Assembly (NCBI GenBank): GCA_009602725.1
Contig: WELB01000013.1
Coordinates: forward strand, 956,362 to 1,013,045
DNA from: Spirogloea muscicola
Taxonomy: Eukaryota
Direction of reading: 5' to 3'
DNA: 56,684 bases
Shown here: positions 52,224 through 56,684 of the stretch, one piece after another
Layout: each line of letters starts with the position of its first letter
How positions within the stretch are numbered: the stretch's first letter is position 1
Translations under genes and position numbers: made by a program
The notes under the pieces: generated by a model
What the model was told of the DNA's origin: nothing
What the model saw: the letters and a program-made list of their open reading frames with translations, nothing else
Database searches by the model: none

Positions 52224-55200
52224 GCGGCGGCGGCGCGCGGCAGCTGCCGTCGGAGCCGGCGCTGCACATCAGCATCGCCAAGCCGGCTTACCGGCCGGGC
52301 GAGGCGGTGCTGGCGGCGGTGACCGTCGAAAACCCGGCGCCGGCGGCGGCGGCGGCTGCCTCCGGCGGCGATGACGCCGTGATGGCCATCCGCGAGGTGC
52401 TGGTGGAGCTCAAGGGCGTCGAGAAGCTCGACCCGTCGTGGATCAAGCTCTCCAAGGCCGGCGCCGCCGGCGCGCTCGCCGCCGGTCACAAAGGTGCGCC
52501 GTAATTTACAACCACTTGCGGTCCTCCTCGCCAGTAGCTCAACAGGCTGAGCTTGGCGACCTTGGGTCGGGCACGGCTTGCTGGAGGCAAGCAGCCGTCG
52601 TCGCCACTGCCGCCGCTGTAGATGTCCTTGTCTCGCACCTCTTGCGACCCGACATTGCTGACTGGCTTCGTGATGGCGCCCGGATCATCGACAGCGGGGC
52701 GGGCCTTCCTGGAGGCCAAGCCGACGGCGATCGCCTCCAACGTCGTCTTGGGGGCCGGCAGCAGCTTGTCATGTATATGCGTCTGCCCAAGGCCTTACCA
52801 TGGCCACTTGATCAACGAGAGAACTCTTGGAAGGCTGCCAGTGTCATGAGTTGTAAGACACTTGCTTGGCTGCAAAAGTAAATGCTGCAATGCAACAGCT
52901 TAAAGTAATAAAATATATATTAACGCTTTCTGGAGTGCGTATGCAATGGCAGACTCCGTCACAGCGGCGCTGCCGAGGGTGCTCCCGCCGAGCTACCGTG
53001 GGATAGCGGTGCGGTATCACTACTACATCTCTGTGGTCGTCAAGTGGAGCCCCGCTGGCCGAGCGGCAGGCGCGGCGGCCGGCTTCAGCGGTGCCAGGAC
53101 GCCGCATCCGGCCTCGGTGGTAAGATTGGTGAACCACGGCCAGATCATGTGATGAGACGCCATCTTGCTGCATCAACGCCAAGGAGCAGTGCACAGTCAT
53201 CCCGCAGAGGTTTCTGGCGAGTCTTGGCGTCGCCGATGGTCCTGACGCCTTCAGGACTGGGGTGTGGGGGAACCAGGAGGCCCGCATTCCCTTCCGCGTT
53301 TGGACGCTGCCCGAATGCAGCGGCCTTACTGAGGACGAGGCCGACTCCGAGCTCCACTATGGCGCCGGAGGTGAGCTTGCACCACCCTCGCTCAGGCTTG
53401 ATAACCATGGCGCATGAGATCATGCGGTGGCTCCTGACAAGTGGCTCGTTGTACACCTGTTGCACACGGGCAGGCATTGTGCCAATCAGCCCGGTTGTTG
53501 TCGAGATCCACTCAAGGTCCAACAGCCCCCAGGTCAACGCAGTGAGTTGCCAGTCCTTCTCAGTAATAGTTGCACTCTTTGTGCCTGGTGGACTGCGAGA
53601 ACACAAATGGGATCAAGCTGCTTGCTTTACATGTTTTCAGTACTTGTGAGGCAGGAAAAAGCCGAGCTCCTCTCGGCTGGTGAGGAGGATGAGGGTGGGC
53701 CACCGAGCCAGGCGGCTGCCGGCCAGCGCGACGGCGATGGCGCGATGGAGAGGGCTATGTCCTACTCCGACATAGCGTCGCTCCCGACCACTGCTGCCGC
53801 CACCACGGCTACAGCCACTGAGTTCGTCAAGGAGCTCGAGGCTGGAGAGATGGACGAGGAGGTCGAACGTCGGCGGCGCAAGTCCATGTCCGCTCTTCCA
53901 AAGTCGGCACCTGTGTCCCGCCAGAACACGCTTGGCAATGGTGAGTGCGCCTAAGAAAGTACAGGCTCTGAAGGAGGTTTGCTCCAGCCCTCGCAGAAAG
54001 CTGTCACTGCTGCAACTGATGCCATATGGCCATGATGACCTTCTCAGGCACCCCGCCACGGCTGCATGACTCGCTGGAGGCTCTGTCGCTTGAGCGGAAC
54101 AGCGCCAATGCAAGTGTGGGGCCGATGGTCGGGGACCTGCCCCTCCGGAGCAGCGGCAGTGGCCTGAGCAGCAGCCCGCCGAGCCCGTCTGGTGGCTCCG
54201 GCCTGCTTGGCCCCTATCTCAATGGCCGCCCCTCAGATGAGGATGTTGGCCTCAACACTCCCACGTCACCGACAGGTACGCAGTCGCCTTGAGCTGCGCT
54301 AAGGGTTTTCTCATTGCACCCGCAAGCTTGATGGCTTGATGACCGAGCACTGCTGCGGACTCCACATGTCATGCAGTGTCACTAGTGCGAGGGCGAACAT
54401 ATAACATCCGAATGGACGATCAGATCCTGGTCAAATTCACGCCGAGGAGCCCCCAGTCAACATACTACCTTGGGGACGTGGTGAGGTTCTGTGGCAGCCA
54501 ACAGCGCTTGCAGCATATGCTGGCGTGACCGTGTAAAAGCTTGTTGGAGCAAGTAGTAGGCCTGTTTCTGCTGAAGCTTGAGCCCTTTGCCTTTCCTTTA
54601 CATGCTCTGCAGGTCTCTGGGACTCTGACCTTCCCAGGAAGTGCGGAGTCTAGACGGTGCTTGGAGGTTGACAATCCCTCTCAGCGCCTGTCTTGTCAAG
54701 TGAAAGGGCGCGGATCTGAGTAGAGTAGGTGCTGGCCATTTCTGACTAGCGGCTCCATGTATCTGCCACCAAGTTGCTGTAAGACGGACGGGCAACGCTT
54801 GGCGCAGGTCTCTGTGCTCCTGGAGACGCGCGAGGTGGTCAATCCTCTGGTGCTGCACTCCTCCCGCGGGAGCATCGGCGCTGCCATCGTTCCCAAGGTA
54901 CTCAGGATAGATTTCCAGCTGCATGAGTTGTCTTGTCGCTGCAAGGGTTTTTTTGAATGTCGGAGTGCTTGCTTGGGCTGCATGGCGAGTACAATGAAGA
55001 GCAGGGCCTCCTTGTTTATGTGAATGCTGTCAATGTAACATCACCAAGTGAGGCCATTTGCCTATCAGCACTTATAATGCTTGTGCAAGGTCCACGGTCT
55101 CCCTTCTCCAGGTCCAGACAGAGTTTCACGAGGTCACGGTGGACCTCATGAGCACGCACTTTCTCTTCACCATCCCGATGGACTCGCCGGCAGCTTTTGC

Positions 55201-55405
55201 CACCCCACTGGTGTCAGTCCAATGGAGCCTCCGCTTCGAGTTCGTGTCGTCACTTCGGCCCAAGTTGCCTGGCGAGCTCACATCTGCCGCCCTGCTGACT
55301 GCGGCCAAGACCGAGCGCGGCGAGTGGTCGATGCCCATCGTTGTCCACGCCCCATTGCCTCGGTCCAAGAACCCAGGTTCGTCAAGAGCACTTCCTTCTG
55401 TCTGA
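52224..55405 (+). CDS. RGP1: RGP1 (RAB6/RABH GEF complex partner, arrestin-like fold), multi-exon; start in gap
   Basis: AYRPGEAV..ELKGVEKLDPSW, LPRVLPPSYRGIAVRYHYY, RGRTYNIRMDDQILVKF..YYLGDV, RRCLE-VSVLLETRE, FHEVTVDLMSTHFLFTIPMDSP..FATPLVSVQWSLRFEF. Confidence 0.9.
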
Positions 55406-55888
55406 CCAATGCATTTGCTCTTTGTTGAGAGATGCAACTTGTGAATGTCACAATCGAGGATGCACCCACCAGCACTCACCATGTTGGCAAGGTTTCACCG
55501 TGAGTTCAGGGGGGAAGGGCAAGAAGGTGGCCATGGCTAGGCGGGGGGGTTACCACCCTGCCGCCGGCTCAAAGAGGCTCTCAGAGCGGAGCAACCCACT
55601 TGCAACCGCCGGGGCACAGGCCGACCTGCTCGAACGAATGGAGTCGGTTGGTGCCCTCTAACACTACTTTTCACCGACTAGCAGTCGCCCAACTGGTTCT
55701 TGTTCAGGTGCAAGTGCTAGCTGCTGTACTAGCGCCAGTATCTGCTGTGCTCATGACTAAGCCCCTGAAGCTCCAGGTCGGTCAGGCTGCTGGTGAGAGC
55801 CGCAGCCTGCTGACTGGAGGTCACCATTATCGAACCCCTCTGCGGCGTGACGGCAGAGATAGCTCTCCTTCTGCTCAGCTGCTGCCGA

Positions 55889-56684
55889 CTACCCCCGAAA
55901 GTTGAGCTTGCGCATGGCATAAGCGAGGCCCGGAGAGACAGTGGAGGGTCGCCGCAGCTGCCGGATCTGCTTCGGTGTCTGCGCACAAACACGGTGAACT
56001 CGTCAATGGCGTGCAGGCGGCGTCCTCCATGTCCACGTGCAATGTCTCAGGCATCTCAATACTCAGCCCTTGGCGAGCAACGCAAAGTTCACTAACCCCG
56101 AAAGGTCAATATGCTGAAGTGCTTGAGGACAGGGCGAGCGCCACTTTGCGCACCTTGGACTTGGCATTGTGGCGCTTGCCTGCGCGCCAGCGCTTGAAGA
56201 GCCCGCTGGCCAGCAGCTTGAAGCGCCCCTTGTACGAGCTGTTGTGGGGCGCAAGCGGCGACAAGCGGCAACAAGGCAGCCCCAGCGACGCATTAGCAGG
56301 CAACCCCAGTGGGCGACCGAGCACCTCAGACGGCGCTGCAGCGGCAGCCAGGGTGCGGCGCTCACGAGTAGGGCTTGATCTTGGTCTTGCTCAGCTTAGT
56401 GGCGAAGCCCCTCGAGTGCCATGCAGCAGCAGCCTGCGCAAGCTGCAGCAGTCCCCGACGATGGCCATCACCACCGGGGTCGCCACACTCGACCACTTCG
56501 CTACTCGCCGCCACCGTCCGTCGGCCATGGCGTCGCCGCAGCCCGCAGCCGCAGTAAGCGTGGCGGCTCCGGCTGAAGGTCCTCACCGCGAGGCCAACAA
56601 GCGCGGCCGTCGGCGAGAAGCTGCCGCGGTGGGCGGCGGGGCCCTGCGCAGCCGCCAGCGCGAGCCCCGCGCCGCCGCAGCCGC
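55889..56684 (-). CDS. RPL35: Nuclear-encoded mitochondrial-type ribosomal protein bL35; start outside window; exons ~>56684-56366, ~56238-56154, 55978-55889
   Basis: KTKIKPYS-SYKGRFKLLASGLFKRWRAGKRHNAKSK-TPKQIRQLRRPSTVSPGLAYAMRKLNFRG*, preceded by an Arg/Ala-rich presequence-like region. Confidence 0.88.

Noticed and set aside
55481..55661. Short basic ORF MLARFHREFRGKGKK.. between RGP1 and bL35
   Set aside because: It lies in the converging 3' UTR zone with no homology or splice support.

Overview
Eukaryotic, GC-rich, intron-dense nuclear DNA, most consistent with a green (streptophyte-type) alga: it has TTTAGGG telomeric repeats, plant-type gene orthologues and a streptophyte-like nad2 fragment. 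The species cannot be determined from the sequence. Nine spliced genes were reconstructed by eye: an S1/P1 nuclease, an ABHD11-like hydrolase broken off by a retroelement fragment, a bacterial-type 'DPRGWFQWYCRY' protein, TSR1, a calcineurin-like metallophosphoesterase, a BtuF-like + Cys-cluster + degenerate HUP-domain fusion, POLE3/DPB4, RGP1 and mitochondrial bL35. About 20 kb is nested debris from several families of CRE-like non-LTR retrotransposons (zinc knuckle plus restriction-like endonuclease). The families have unrelated 3' UTRs but share a GGGCTG..CAGCCC terminal hairpin and a (TTC)n tail, and they insert at TTTC/CTTT sites with 6-8 nt target duplications, often into each other. The 15.3-30.7 kb region is a large diverged inverted duplication. 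It supplies empty-site controls for these insertions and for a nad2 NUMT. Four GC-AG introns, interstitial telomeric repeats, three N-gaps and poly-T artefacts are also present. Protein family calls come from remembered motifs rather than database searches, and repeat boundaries are approximate.
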